Shown here in pieces: positions 35,138 through 49,130 of a stretch of 64,000 nt of DNA. The stretch is taken from contig NC_043025.1 of assembly GCF_006345805.1 (NCBI RefSeq), positions 9,548,001 to 9,612,000 on the forward strand, read 5' to 3'. The notes beneath the pieces were generated by a model. It was not told where the DNA came from. It was given only the letters and a program-made list of their open reading frames with translations, and did not search any database. Numbering within the stretch: position 1 is the first letter of the stretch; the number at the start of each line of letters is the position of its first letter. Both the position numbers and the translations under genes were made by a program. The DNA is from Octopus sinensis. Lineage: Eukaryota.

Positions 35138-37273
35138 ATGGCCACTGGCCACCACGAGGCTGAGTTGCAAGTCAAGCGTGACGCAGAAACAGAAAACAGG
35201 ATGCTCTGTTAGCATACGCTGAACCTGACAACTCCACCACCACCAACAGCAACAAATACAAAACAAAGGTCGCAAGGCCAAGCACCGTCAACACCATCAG
35301 TGAGTCCACCACCACCACCACACCATGGCAGAATCTGCTACTAAAACTGCTATCCCTACTAAAGATATCGCCACCAATAACAACACCAACATCACCATCA
35401 CCGCCACCAAAGACCGTGCCGTCAATGCTACTAATACTACCAACACCACCGCCGTCACCAAGAACGACAATAACAACAACAACACCGACGACACAACAAT
35501 TCCCTTCAACCACTGCTCACTCCATCACCAACAAGTGAAAAAACGACGACAAGCAAACGAAATGTCGAATTTTGCCCTAGTGCAGGACTAAAGTACGCAG
35601 GCAATTTTCCACCCCTTCCTACTTGCACGATCGAACCAAACACACCAATTTTACAAACTGCAGCCAACAACAACATCACCACAAGCAACACAATAACAAA
35701 ACAACAACAAATTTCGCTGAGGCGATTAAAGAAAAAAAAACAACAATATACTTTACGGCTCAACAAATACAGGACACGAACATCAAAATAACAGAATCAG
35801 AAGGTATAGTAAAAATAAACATACCAGAAGATATTTTGGAAAATGAAAAAAGCCGAACATCATTTATAAAATAGTTAACAAAAAAACAAAAATCCCAGAG
35901 AAGGCCAACACAAGCAAAATAGAGAAGTGCTTGAAACCCATCTGGGATCACAAAGAATGTAACCTGGTGGAACAAATTTGCCCACATACAAGTCGTTTTC
36001 TACACCGAAGAGTTAGCTAGACATTTCTCAACGCTAACTCTTCACTCAGATGAACTTCAGCTTACACCAAGCTATCGGGGACAGAAAGTGACTAAGATCA
36101 CTCTAAACAATGTCCCCAAAATAGCCAATAGTCTATGGCTTGTAAAGGCCTTATGCGTAAAAATGGCGAATTATACTATTTTGGAAACCACAGTCACAGA
36201 GCATAAAAACTGGGTGGGAAAAAAAATAGAATTTCTTCTACATATACATCATGAAGATATAAAAAAAATACCCACCCAGATATGTGTATCAGACGACCAC
36301 AAGTTATATGTGGTCGTCGATGGCAGAAGACCACGTTGCTACATATGCGGCAGTGAGCAACACCTCAAAAAGACTGCAAATCTGCCGCAAGAAAACAACA
36401 GCAACAACAACAGCAGCCGGAAACAAAAACAAATAAACAAGGTTTACTACCCACACCACTTTTTGCAGGAACAAACCTCACCAAACAAACAACCACACCA
36501 ACTGCAGCACCAAGAACAGAAGCAGCATCACCAACAACAACAACCAAGAATATACCAACTCCCAAACCAAGGACATCTGCCAAAAAGACACCCAGCAAAA
36601 ATGAAGAAACAATTACAACTCCAAATCCCCACAAATTTGAGACCCTAAACAACACAACAATACCCACAATCACTCAAACACAAAATACCAAAACCCCACA
36701 TCCAAAACCGCATACACCACAACCAACGCTCACCAACCAACACCAACAACAAAACCAACACAGTCGACAATAGACCCCAATACTTTCCCTCTTCCAGACT
36801 CCGATTCGTCTGATCTGTCATTAGACGAAGAAGACACGGAAGATTGGCAAATAGCCACAGGGGGGAGAAGAAAAAGGGAAAAAAAAGAAAAGAAAAAATA
36901 ACAAACAAAGCGGGAAGATACACCACTCCCGAACAAAAACATCCACAGAAAACACACACATCAACACAAACACACCATCATCAAACCCCCCAAAATGTTG
37001 ACAGCCATAAACACAAACAACCACGACCTAATGGAACACATTAGGTCAAACACTAACATTACTGAAAACGACATAAAAACAAGTAACCACCCACACACCA
37101 CACCACAACACATTAAAATAATACACGTGACACAGAACACATACAGCACCCTGAAATCTCTTTACCCTGATGCAGTAGGGAGATTTCAAAAGTACTCATC
37201 GAAAAAACTGTATAAAAGCCTCATAGAAGAAGACCGTGAGGTGAAAGACAAAGAACTTTCGAAAAACAAGTAA
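35138..37273 (+). pseudogene. Tx1-type ORF1 (gag-like), frameshifted as assembled
   Basis: T/N/Q-rich low-complexity segments; VVVDGRRPRCYICGSEQHLKK(DC) knuckle at ~36310-36380. Confidence 0.7.
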
Positions 37274-37314
37274 ACTTTCTCTCTCCTTTTCCTTTTTTGC
37301 ACTTTTATCGGAAC

Positions 37315-40300
37315 ATGCTCAGAATAGGTAGTATAAATGTACGTGGCTTGGGGTCGCCTTGGAAACAAGGCTACCTGTTAAATGACATCAAGTCACTAAA
37401 TCTGAATATCATAGCCATCAGTGAGACCAGACTCCACAGCTTGCGGGCACTCCAGCACATTTTCGGTACACATTTCAACATTTATTTTTCTCCGTGTCTA
37501 CCGAGAATGGGCGGAGGTTGCACCGCGGTGCTTATCGGAAGAGTCTGGATCTCAAAGTAAGAGCAATTTCCTAGACCCGGAGGGTAGGCTGGTCGTTTTG
37601 GATGTCGATGGCAGCAATGAGTGTGCTTTTCGACTGATAGCAGTTTATGCTCCGTCCTTAACAGGCCGACCAGATTTCTTTCGACGTCTAGAGTCTTTCA
37701 TGGAAACGTCTCGTCCTTTACTTTTAGTGGGGGATTGGAATGCCACCCTGGACACGCATCTAGACTACGTGGGCAGAGATAGCATAGAAGGGGATGCAAA
37801 TGCCTCAAAGACCTGCTCAGACGTTTCCACTGTCTGACAGGTACCGACTGGACCACCCGAATGTGCCAATGTGAACATGGAGTAACCGCATCGGGTCGTC
37901 CAGATCATACTTAGATAGAGTATTCTGTAGGACAATAGATAAAAATAGTGTAGGTTGTCCACAATTTCATATAGTCAGTTACACAGATCACAAGTTTGTG
38001 ACTTGTACACTTGACTTAGATAAGACACATAGGCAGGGTCCTGGTTACTGGAAACTGAACGCGTCTTTTACAGCACGACAGGTTTACAGGGACCGGATCA
38101 GCACATTAGTTAAGAGAGCTTTGACGGGTACCATCATCAACAACAGATGGTGGTATGCCCTAAAAAAGCGATTAAAGCAGAATCAGTCAGATACAGTAGA
38201 GCCCTAGCATTAGACCGAAATAGAATAGAGGGAGAATTAGTTAAGGTTTTAGAAGAGGCACTTAGAACTGGCATCGCGTCCAACGTACTGGCGGCGAGAT
38301 TGGCCCTCGACCAACACCTCAACGCCAACACGAGGGATGCGTTGTCAGAGCTAGGATGCGTGCTCTGAGGAACGAAGGAGTTGGAGCCGCCCAAGAGGCC
38401 CGAGTGGTAGAGACGCAACGAGGCAACAGAGCCACCATCAAGTCTCTTATAGATGAACAGGGGCGCGAATTGCTCGAGCCTAAAAGGATGTGTGGTTTTT
38501 CAACAACACTTCACCCAACTGTTTGGGACAAGTGGTGAGTCAGAAAGCAGAGTGGACTTTAGTGCCTACCTGCATGCCTTGCCACGACTCTCAGCAAGGG
38601 AGGTGGAGTCTTGTGAAAAGCCTATCACAGCTGCGGACGTACAGGATGCGATGGTAGGCTGCGCGAGAGACAAGTCACCAGGCTTGGATGGTCTGCCCTA
38701 CGAATTTTATTTTCATATGCCAGACTTGTTTGGAGGCGTCTTGGCAGCTGTCTACTGCAACTGCAGCAGAACGGGAGTATTCCTGCTTTTGTAAAGCGAG
38801 GAGCAGTGGCACTGATCAAGAAAGACCCAAACAAGGGGGACGTCATAGATAATTTCAGGCCCATCACTCTGCTCAACGCAGATTTGAAAATTTTGGCCAA
38901 GGTGTTAGCCGAGAGGTTGGCGCTTGTCATCAAGAAACTAATCGACAAGGCGCAAACATGCGCCGTGCCGGGTAGAAGTATTCATGACAACCTCCATCTG
39001 ATGCGCTACATCATAGACAGGGTAGTTAAAAATCCTGGCATGGGTGGGGCGCTGATCAATTTGGATCAATCAAAAGCCTTCGATAGGGTAGACCATCACT
39101 ACTTGGAGGCTGTCCTCAAAGCGGCTGGTTTCGGTCCAGTTTTCCGCGGTTGGATCGCTGCCTTATACAGCGGCATCCGCTCAGTAGTTCGCGTAAATGG
39201 TCATCTATCCAGACCTTTTAACATCATGCGTTCGGTTCGTCAGGGATGCCCCCTCTCATCGCTGCTGTATGTACTGACTCTTGAGCCACTACTGCGGAAA
39301 CTGGCGACGCTGAGGGGCATCCCACGAGAGCTGGGATGCGGGAGGAGCGTGTCTGCATACGCGGATGACGTCACCGTCATAGTGTCGAGCTACGAGCACA
39401 TCGAGCTGGTCGGCGAGACACTGAAAGAATACGAAGCGGTAACGGGAGCAAAAATTAACCGGGAAAAGTCAGTGGGCTTGCGGCTCGGCACCTGGAGCAA
39501 GCCCATGCCGTCCAACAGCGTCTCCATCGTGGGACGCTGGACGGACGGACCGGTTAAATTGCTCGGGGTCTGGTTCGGTCCGGACCTCCAAATGGAGAAG
39601 AACTGGGGCGAGATAACGACTAGGGTGGCTACTCTCACCCAGAAATGGACTGAGAGAAAGCTATCCCTAAAAGGTCGAGCGGAGGTGGCGAACGCGTACA
39701 TCGCATCCGTCATCGAGTATCGTCTGACCGTCGTGCCTTGTCCCGACCCTACCATCACCAACTGGAACGCATACTCTTCCGCTTCTTGGGAAGGGAAACG
39801 TTCCGATGGTTAGGCGATCCATTTGCTGCCAACACCCGCTAATGGAGGGCTGGGCATGCCGTGGTTGATGATGCGCAGACATGCGCTGAGACTGCGACAT
39901 CTCCGGCGCTTCATAGACAACGGTGAACAGGGGTCGCCTTTTGTGCGGCGCGCTTTCCCGCAGCTCGTCTCCTTGGACGAGCTACAGTCATGGATCAAGC
40001 AGAGACCGAGGCTAGGCGAATGGCACCGCGAGTGTCGCGTTGCTCTCAAGCATCTCTGCCGTCCGGGACCGAACTTGTGCGACTCCATCACAACAAAGGC
40101 ATTCTATAGAGGATTAGTGGAGGGGAGGTGCGACGACGAACTCGGGCAGAGTCTGGGCGTCGACGAGGAACACCTGACCCGCCTGTTCAGGACAACTTTC
40201 GGGCCGGGACCTATGAACAATCAAAGATCCCTGGCCTGGCATGCTATCGAGAAGCATTACCTGTTCGGGATAAGCTCTACAGACACGGTTCCAGACACAC

Positions 40301-40725
40301 TGGACCGACTTGCCCGAGATGCGGTCAGAGCGACGAACCGTTCTGCACGCACTCGTGCAATGTCCAACCATTTCCGACCTGTGGGCTTATGCCGAACGGC
40401 TGCTGTCTCGTGTGGGACGAATCCGCCTATCGGCCGAGTCTATCGTGAGAATTGCTCGCCCCTTCCCTCAACCGGGAAGGCAAGGCAGTTTTCATCGTAC
40501 TGGTGGCCATGGTGAAAGAATGTGTGGGTGGACTCGAGCGAAAGGATTAGAGACAAACACTTACCTCTCTGGCCAATCGCTCATCAACTTTTTCAAGTAC
40601 CACTTGAAAAGGAAGGTGAGAATGGAGAGGGAAGTTTTGTCTCGCGAAAGATTCAAAAAAAGATGGGTGAATGTTGCAAAATGGTGCGTGCTAGTAACGA
40701 AACCATTTTGAGCATGATCCTGTAG
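37315..40725 (+). pseudogene. Tx1-type ORF2 (endonuclease plus reverse transcriptase), frameshifted as assembled
   Basis: MLRIGSINVRGL, SETRL, VYAP, GDWNA, SYLDR, KSPGLDGLPYEFY, NFRPITLLNADLKILAK, DQSKAFDRV, QGCPLS, AYADDV, CPRCGQSDE-TVLHALVQC. Confidence 0.9.
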
Positions 40726-41099
40726 ATCGTAAAAAGAAAGAAAGAGAGCATTTTTGACCTCATGTGTTTATTTCCTCCCTGACTGGGGTTCCGTGGTCTT
40801 TTCTGTAGGCTTTTCTTCCCACGGATGAACCCAATCTTGTTATATCAATGTTTACACCATTATTTCTGTGATACACAATTTTCTTTTTTTCCTTTTTTTT
40901 TCCTCCCTCGATCCCTTTGATCGAATCTTACATTTTTTATTTTTTCCACCCTCGAAAAGAAAAGCTCTGCATTTGTATCTGTCCCCTCTGTATTCAGCCC
41001 TGTGTGGCTAATAAAAGAAAGTTATCTATCTATCATCTATCTTATCTATCTATCTATCTATCTATACACACACACTACACACCCACACACATACATATA

Positions 41100-41375
41100 T
41101 TGGGTCGTTCCATAAATAACAGGGTTTTTTTTTCAATTGAATGAACTAAAAGTCAGAGGGAGATGGGATAAACTACCTGCAGCAACTTGCTATAAAAGCA
41201 GGTAGTAATTTTACCTTGTGCTTATTCTTAGTGCAATCTTTGAAGAGTGCAGTTCGATTTTAACAGTTGTTTTTTCAAAGCTATAATGGAAATGACAAAG
41301 GAGCATATTCGACATATTTTTGATTCGGGGGTTCAACAACGCAGTGAAAAGTGTGTGGAGTATTAATGCAGTATG
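41100..41375 (+). mobile_element. Mariner-like transposon 5' fragment
   Basis: TA|ttgggtcgttccataaataa terminus; ATG at 41286 gives MEMTKEHIRHI... and a degraded ...NINAV. Confidence 0.6.
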
Positions 41376-41790
41376 ACGACTGCGCTGGTATGGTCATGTG
41401 GCGAGAATGGATGAGGATAGTGGTGTGAAAAAGTGCCACACCCTAGCGGTTGAGGGAACCTGTGGAAGAGGTAGAACCAGGAAGACCTGGGATGAAGTGG
41501 TGAAGCACAGCCTTCAAACATTAGGCCTCACCGAGGCAATGACTAGTGACCGAGACTTTTGGAAACATGCTGTGCTTGAGAAGACCTGGCAAGCCAAATG
41601 AGACCATAATCTCGTGCCCTATGCCAATGCTGGTGTGCTTACGTTCCTGTAACTTAGCGGTTCAGCAAAAGAGACCGATAGAATAAGTACTAGGCTTACA
41701 GAGAATAAGTCCTGGGTTGATTTGCTCAACTAAAGGTGGTGCTCCAGCATGGCCACAGTCAAATGACTGAAACAAGTAAAAGAGAGTAAA
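41376..41790 (+). mobile_element. RTE C-terminus fused to the 3' half of a SINE-A
   Basis: RLRWYGHVARMDEDS...GRGRTRKTW...EKTWQAK*, then ccaatgctggtgtg SINE body. Confidence 0.8.
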
Positions 41791-42033
41791 GAGAAATAGA
41801 AAATACAAAACTGCAATATTTTCACCAATTTCTGTGTCGTGATTAGCGAAATGCAAAACCAGTAGACTATCATAGTATTCTATCCTTTAAAATATATTAA
41901 AAATATATAAATTATTGCATTTTCCTTCTTTTGTGTGTGTGTGTGTGTCTAGGAGCATGCATAGCTGTGTGGTAAGAAGTTTGGTTCCTAATTCATAGTT
42001 TCAGGTTCAATACCACAGAATGGAAAATTGGAC

Positions 42034-42280
42034 AAATTGAATAGACTAAAGTTAAGCCTCAAACAAGGGATGGTTAAATGGATTTCCTATCAGCACTTTG
42101 TGGGCATTGCAGTGAAAATACTGGATTATATTGGAACAAATATGGATTGAGGAAACTTGTTAAATTGGTGAAAAGCAACGATATATTCTGAAAAGCCATT
42201 TGTAAGATGGATAATGAGCAAATCTGCTTTAAGTAGAAGAATTATAGGAACAATGAAAGAAGAATGTGTTTAGCAGGTTT
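42034..42280 (+). repeat. ~225-bp dispersed duplication, copy 2 (with ~20-bp extra segment)
   Basis: See 29922-30148. Confidence 0.9.
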
Positions 42281-42524
42281 GGTAGACGTAAGCTGAAAGA
42301 AGCCCTTTGTGTCATCATTTGACATCCATGTTCCATACGGGCCTGAGTTGGGTGGTTTAAGCAAAGCCAATATTGTCCAAGAACTGAAGCAATCTCTAGT
42401 GTCTGTTTTTGGCATGGTCTTTACAGCTGGATGCTCTTCCTGTTGCTGACCACTTTACATCATGGACTGGATGCTTTTGTCATACCACCTGCACTAATGT
42501 ATGTATGACTCTCTCTCTCTAGTT

Positions 42525-42743
42525 CAGTGCTTTTCAAACTTTTTGCTGCAGCGGAACCCCAAGGAAACATTCCACTGGCTCGAGGAACCCCTGTGCAATA
42601 ATTTAATAGTCTTATGCACACATATCTGCACAGGAGAATTAAAAATTACTACCGATTTTAGCAGTTTTGTAACTTCTTGCGGAACCCTTGGACTGTATTG
42701 GCGGAACCCTAAGGTTCCACAGAACCCTGGTTGAAAACCACTG
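42525..42743. mobile_element. hAT (Charlie-like) MITE
   Basis: CAGTGCTTTTCAA / TTGAAAACCACTG termini; 8-bp TSD ctctagtt on both sides. Confidence 0.9.
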
Positions 42744-43267
42744 CTCTAGTTCCTTCCCTAATTCTTCAATCCCTCTATCCCCTACTTCTCTCTGTTCCTT
42801 CCACATGACCGGTGTTGGTCAAGGATGATCTTTCTTTCTCAGCCTGACCGCCGCCCATACAACAGCTTATTTTCCTGTCTCCTAACTGTCATCCATGTTT
42901 GCACCTCAAAGCTTTCCCTCCATGTGCTAGTTCAACTTAATTTGTCCTTATTAGTCGAAAGGCACCTGTCGTTATTCTCTTGTTTGCATTTGTAATCGTG
43001 TAACATTTTCTCTGTTTTTCTGGTTTTATTTTTGAGTCTGTTGTCATACACATTCACTTGCTTTCTTCCAAACATTTAATGCCCTTAGCTTAGATTTTTG
43101 GGGCCTACAAATTTTGAAAAGTCTCATGTGTAACAGGCTGAAACTGTAATGATAACTGGAAACTTGACTGATGAATAGAAGGCCACAAATGATCCATCCT
43201 TGTTGTATCGTCTATCTGTCCATATGTTTTTATTGTCATCCATTATGTTTATATTCTATTTTGGGGA

Positions 43268-43304
<37 letters not shown>

Positions 43305-43309
43305 TGGCC

Positions 43310-43372
43310 AGATAACCGAAGAGATGGTGTTGTGGATTTCCACTTCGGCATCCGAAACTCAGAGTTTTATCT
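43310..43372 (+). ncRNA. Degenerate type I hammerhead-like motif
   Basis: AGATAA CCGAAGA GATG...CATC C GAAA CTC A GAG TT TTATCT; U4 replaced by C. Confidence 0.35.
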
Positions 43373-43421
43373 TGGCTATTGTATAATTGTCACATATTAA
43401 TTTACAGATATATATACACAC

Positions 43422-43455
<34 letters not shown>

Positions 43456-43603
43456 TGTCAATAATAAAAGGGTAAAACTAATTAATTATTAATTAATTTT
43501 ACCAAGTAGTGTTCTGTATGTAAAAAGACCATTTATGGTATCTTTGAAACATCACATTATAAAAATAGGGTTCAGTAAAATATTTTACTGAACCATATAT
43601 ATA

Positions 43604-43646
<43 letters not shown>

Positions 43647-43942
43647 TACACACACATATATATATATACAACCAGCTTGAACAACATGCCTAGGACATCT
43701 CAGTATATCTAGCAGGACATCCCCTTCTTTATGCATGCACCTGACATGACAGAAACTGCACAGATTGATGCAACCCAGTTAGACGCACAAAATCCTACCT
43801 ATAATGGAAAGTTACAGGGTTATTCAAAACAATCGTTGTACTGAATAAAGACTGGTGTCAAATCTATCTTCAGTTTCCTTCATCAATGGTTATCACCATC
43901 ATCTCATCATCATCATCATCATCATTATTATTTTTATTATTC

Positions 43943-44430
43943 AGGCGGCGAGCTGGCCGACACGTTAGCACGCTGGGCAAAATGCTTAGCGGTATTTCGT
44001 CTGCCGTTACGTTCCGAGTTCAAATTCCGCCTGGGTCGACTTTGCCTTTCATCCTTTCGGGGTCGATAAATAAAGTACCAGTTTCTCACTGGGCTCGATG
44101 TAAAACAACTTAATCCGTTTGTCTGTCCTTGTTTGTCCCCTCTATGTTTAGTCCCTTGTGGGCAGTAAAGAAATATATTATTATTATTATTATTCAGGCG
44201 GCGAGCTGGCAGACACGTTAGCACGCCGGGCGAAATGCTTAGCAGTATTTCGTCTGCCGTTACGTTCCGAGTTCAAATTCCACCTGGGTCGACTTTGCCT
44301 TTCATCCTTCCGGGGTCGATAAATAAAGTACCAGTTTCTCACTGGGGTCGATGTAAAACGACTTAATCCCTTTGTCTGTCCTTGTTTGTCCCCTCTATGT
44401 TTAGCCCCTTGTGAGCAGTGCAGTAAAGAA
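43943..44430 (+). mobile_element. Two tandem SINE-B copies
   Basis: Both start tattcaggcggcgagctggc. Confidence 0.85.
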
Positions 44431-44675
44431 ATAATTATGATTATTATTATTAGACTTTTTTTTCTTCTTTCAAATTTGCTTCCATTTCTTGCCGAGTGTC
44501 TTCCCGACTCCTAGGGCAAAGAAACTCATAGTATACATTGGTAGGCCAGATTAAACCAAACTCAATAGTTCGTTCATTTTTTTTTTTTTTTTTTTTAAGT
44601 TAATTAAAATACATGAGCAGCAACAGTTCTCACATCGACAATGCTCTTCTCAATACGTGTGATGTACCAGTTAAG

Positions 44676-44710
<35 letters not shown>

Positions 44711-45129
44711 CACACATAAATGTAAAATAAACAGAATAAGTGCTCAACACCACATTGGTGGATAAAATTTCTTTATTTGTGTATTAAGACTACCATTGGT
44801 TTCATGCTAAGGAATACCTTAACAATTCTCCAAGCCGATCACATGAAGGAATGGTGTTCATCTCCATATATACATACATACGTACGTAGATACATACATG
44901 CATATATCATCCAAAATAATTACAAAAAATACAGAGACTGATTCATCTTCAAATTTTTCTTTTAATTAAACAGTTAATTATACAACACAATTAGTTAGTT
45001 AAAATCACCAACACATGTTTCGGTGGGATTGGTTACCCTTAGTGACCCTTGGTGCTCCTTACTACATGATGTCGCTGGCCAGAACCTGGACTATACCTGA
45101 GAGCTCTTATAGTACCCACCTGGATAATT

Positions 45130-45165
45130 TATCCTATATATACACTGTATGTATGTATATATATA

Positions 45166-45198
<33 letters not shown>

Positions 45199-45476
45199 AT
45201 GTATATATATATATGTATGTATATGTATATATATATATGTATGATATGTATATATATATATGTTGTATATGTATATATATATGTATGTATGTATGTAATA
45301 TATAATATGTATGTATATGTATATATATATATGTATGTATATATGTATATATATATATGTATGTAATGTTATATATATATATGTATATGTATATATATAT
45401 GTATATATGTATATATATATGTATATATGTATATATATATATGATATATGTATATGTATATATGTATATATGTATA

Positions 45477-45507
<31 letters not shown>

Positions 45508-46037
45508 TAATATATGTATATATATATATGTATGTATGTATGTATGTATATATATATGTATATATGTATATATATATATGTATATATACTGTATATTGTA
45601 TATATTATAATGTATATATATATGCATATATATATATGTGTATATATATATATATAATGGATATATATATATATGTATATATATATGTGTATATATATAT
45701 ATTGTATATATATATGTGTATATATATATATATATGTTATATATATATGTGTATATATATATTATATATATGTATTTATATATGTGTATATATATATATC
45801 TATGTATATATATATGTGTATATATAATATCTATGTATATATATATATATGTATATATATATGTATATATATATATGTATTATATATATATGTATATATA
45901 TATGTGTATATATATATGTGTATATATATATGTGTATATATATATGTATATATATATATGTATATATATATATATGTATGTGTATATATATATTGTATAT
46001 ATATATATATATGTATATCTATGTATATTGTGTATAT

Positions 46038-46075
<38 letters not shown>

Positions 46076-46392
46076 GTATATATATATATATATGTGTATA
46101 TATATATGTATATATATATATATATGTGTATATATTATGTATATATATATATATATGTGTTATATATATGTATATATATGTGTATATATATTATATATAT
46201 GTGTATATATATATGTATATATATGTGTATATATATGTATATATATGTGTATATATATGTATATATATATGTGTATATATATGATATGTATATATATGTG
46301 TATATATATGTGTATATATATATGTATATATATGTATATATATGTATATATATATATGTATATATATATGTGTATATATATATGTGTATATA
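45130..46392. repeat. Interrupted (TA)n tract, ~1.26 kb
   Basis: Direct reading. Confidence 0.95.
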
Positions 46393-47270
46393 TCATCATC
46401 ATCATCATCATCATTCAACGTCCGCTTTCCATGCTAGCATGGGTTGGACGGTTCAACTGGGGTCTGGTGAGCCCGAAAGCTGCACCAGTCCAGTCAGATC
46501 TGGCAGTGTTTCTACAGCTGGATGCCCTTCCTAACGCCAACCACTTCGAGAGTGTAGTGGGTGATTTTATGTGCCACCGACACAGGTGCCAGACGAGGCT
46601 GGCAAACGGCCATGCTCGGATGGCGTTTTTTATGTGCCACCGACACAGGTGCCAGACGAGGCTGGCAGACGGCCACGCTCGGATGGTGTGTTTTATGTGC
46701 CACCGACACAGGTGCCAGATGAGGCTGGCAAACGGCCACGATCGGATGGTGCTTGTACGTGCCCACAGCACGGAGGCCAGTCGATGCGGTACTGGCTACG
46801 GCCCCGTTCGGGATGGTTTTATTGTGTGCCACGTGCCACCGGCACTGGTACCACAAAGATACAAATTCCATTGATGTTCATCTATTTTGATTTGTTTTGA
46901 TTTGATTTTCACTTGCCTCAACAGGTCTTTACAAGTGTCACAAGAAGGAAGGTAGGCACAGGTGGACTGACTACGTCCAGGTAGGGGCCATGGGTTATGG
47001 CCTGACTAGTCTTGCCGGGTCTTCGGATGGTGTTTTTATGTGCCACCGACACAGGTGCTAGATGAGGCTGACGAACGGCCACGATCGGATGGTGTTTGTC
47101 ATGTGCCCACCGCACTGACTACAGCACTGATGGATTTCTTGTGTGCCACAGGCACTGGTACCACAAGATACAAATTCCATTGATGTTCAGCTATTTTGTC
47201 TATTTTGATTTGATTTGATTTGATTTTCACTTGCCTCAACCGGTCTTCACAAGTGTCACAAGAAGGAAGG
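46393..47270 (-). mobile_element. RTE 3' UTR with internal repeats and partial duplication
   Basis: Same family as 19263-20065. Confidence 0.85.
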
Positions 47271-47274
47271 TATG

Positions 47275-47416
47275 CACATATATGTATATATATATGTATA
47301 TATATATATGTATATATATATGTATATATGTATATATATATATATATGTATATATGTATATATGTATGTATATATATATGTATGTATAATATATGTATGT
47401 ATATATTATATGTATG

Positions 47417-47451
<35 letters not shown>

Positions 47452-47833
47452 TATATATATGTATATAATATGTATGTATATATATATGTATGTATATATA
47501 TATATGTATGTATATATATATGTATGTATATATATATATATTATGTATAATATATATGTATATATATATATATATGTATGTATATATATATAATGTATAT
47601 ATATATATGTATGTATATATATATGATGTATATATATATGTATGTATATATATATATGTATGTATATATATATATAGGTATATAGTATATATGTATATAT
47701 ATATATATGTATGTATATATATATATGTATATATATATATATGTATGTATATATATATGTATGTAATATATATATGTATGTATATATATATGTATGTAAT
47801 ATATATATATGTATGTATATATATATATGTATG

Positions 47834-47881
<48 letters not shown>

Positions 47882-47885
47882 AACG

Positions 47886-47942
<57 letters not shown>

Positions 47943-48518
47943 GTATAAACGTATATATATATATATATATATATGTATAAACGTTATATATATATATATA
48001 TATATATGTATAAACGTATATATATATAATATATATATGTATAAACGTGTATATATATATATGTATGTATATATATATATATATATGTATAAACGTGTAT
48101 ATATATATATGTATGTATATATATATATATATGTATAAACGTGTATATATATATATTATATGTATGTATATATATATATATATATGTATAAACGTGATAT
48201 ATATATATATATGTATGTATATCTATAATATATATGTATGTATGTTATGTAATATATATATATATTGTATGTATGTATGTATTATATTTGTATGTATATC
48301 TATATATATATATGTATGTATGTATGTATATGTATAGATATATATATATATGTATGTATGTATGTATATATATATGTATGTATATCTATATATTATGTAT
48401 GTATGTATGTATATATATATATATATATGTATGTATGTTATGTAGTATATATATATGTTGTATTGATATATTATGTTGTATATCTATATATATATATGTA
48501 TGTATGTATGTATATATA

Positions 48519-48550
<32 letters not shown>

Positions 48551-49130
48551 CTATATATATATATATATATATGTATAAATGTGTTGTATGTAGTATATAT
48601 ATATTATATAATATATATGTATGTATGTATGTTATATATATATATATGTATAAATGTGTATGTATGTATGTATATATATATTATATATATATGATAAATT
48701 ATTATGTATATGTATGTATTTATATATATATATATAATATATGTATAAATGATATGTGTATATATATATAATATATATATTATTATACGTGTATGTGTGT
48801 ATGTATATATATATGTGTGTGTGTGTATATATATACCCATATATATATGTATGTATGTATGTATATATAGATAGTATTATGTATTGTGATATAGATATAT
48901 GTATGTAATGTATGTATTATGTATATATATATTGTATATGTATGTATGTATGTATATATATATATGTGATAGGTATGTATATATATCTCATGTATATGTA
49001 TATGTGTATATATATATATATATATACATATATATATGTGTGTGTGTGTGTTTATATGTGTGTATATTCGTGTGTGTGTTTATATGTGTGTATATTCATG
49101 TGTGTGTGTATATATATGTATATATATGCA
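47275..49130. repeat. Interrupted (TA)n/(TATG)n tract, ~1.85 kb
   Basis: Direct reading. Confidence 0.95.

Larger units (their letters stand above)
35110..41065 (+). mobile_element. Near full-length Tx1/L1-clade LINE
   Basis: ORF1 with zinc knuckle, ORF2 with APE, RT and CCHC; AATAAA at ~41010, then a (TATC)n tail. The 5' end may extend to ~34922. Confidence 0.9.
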
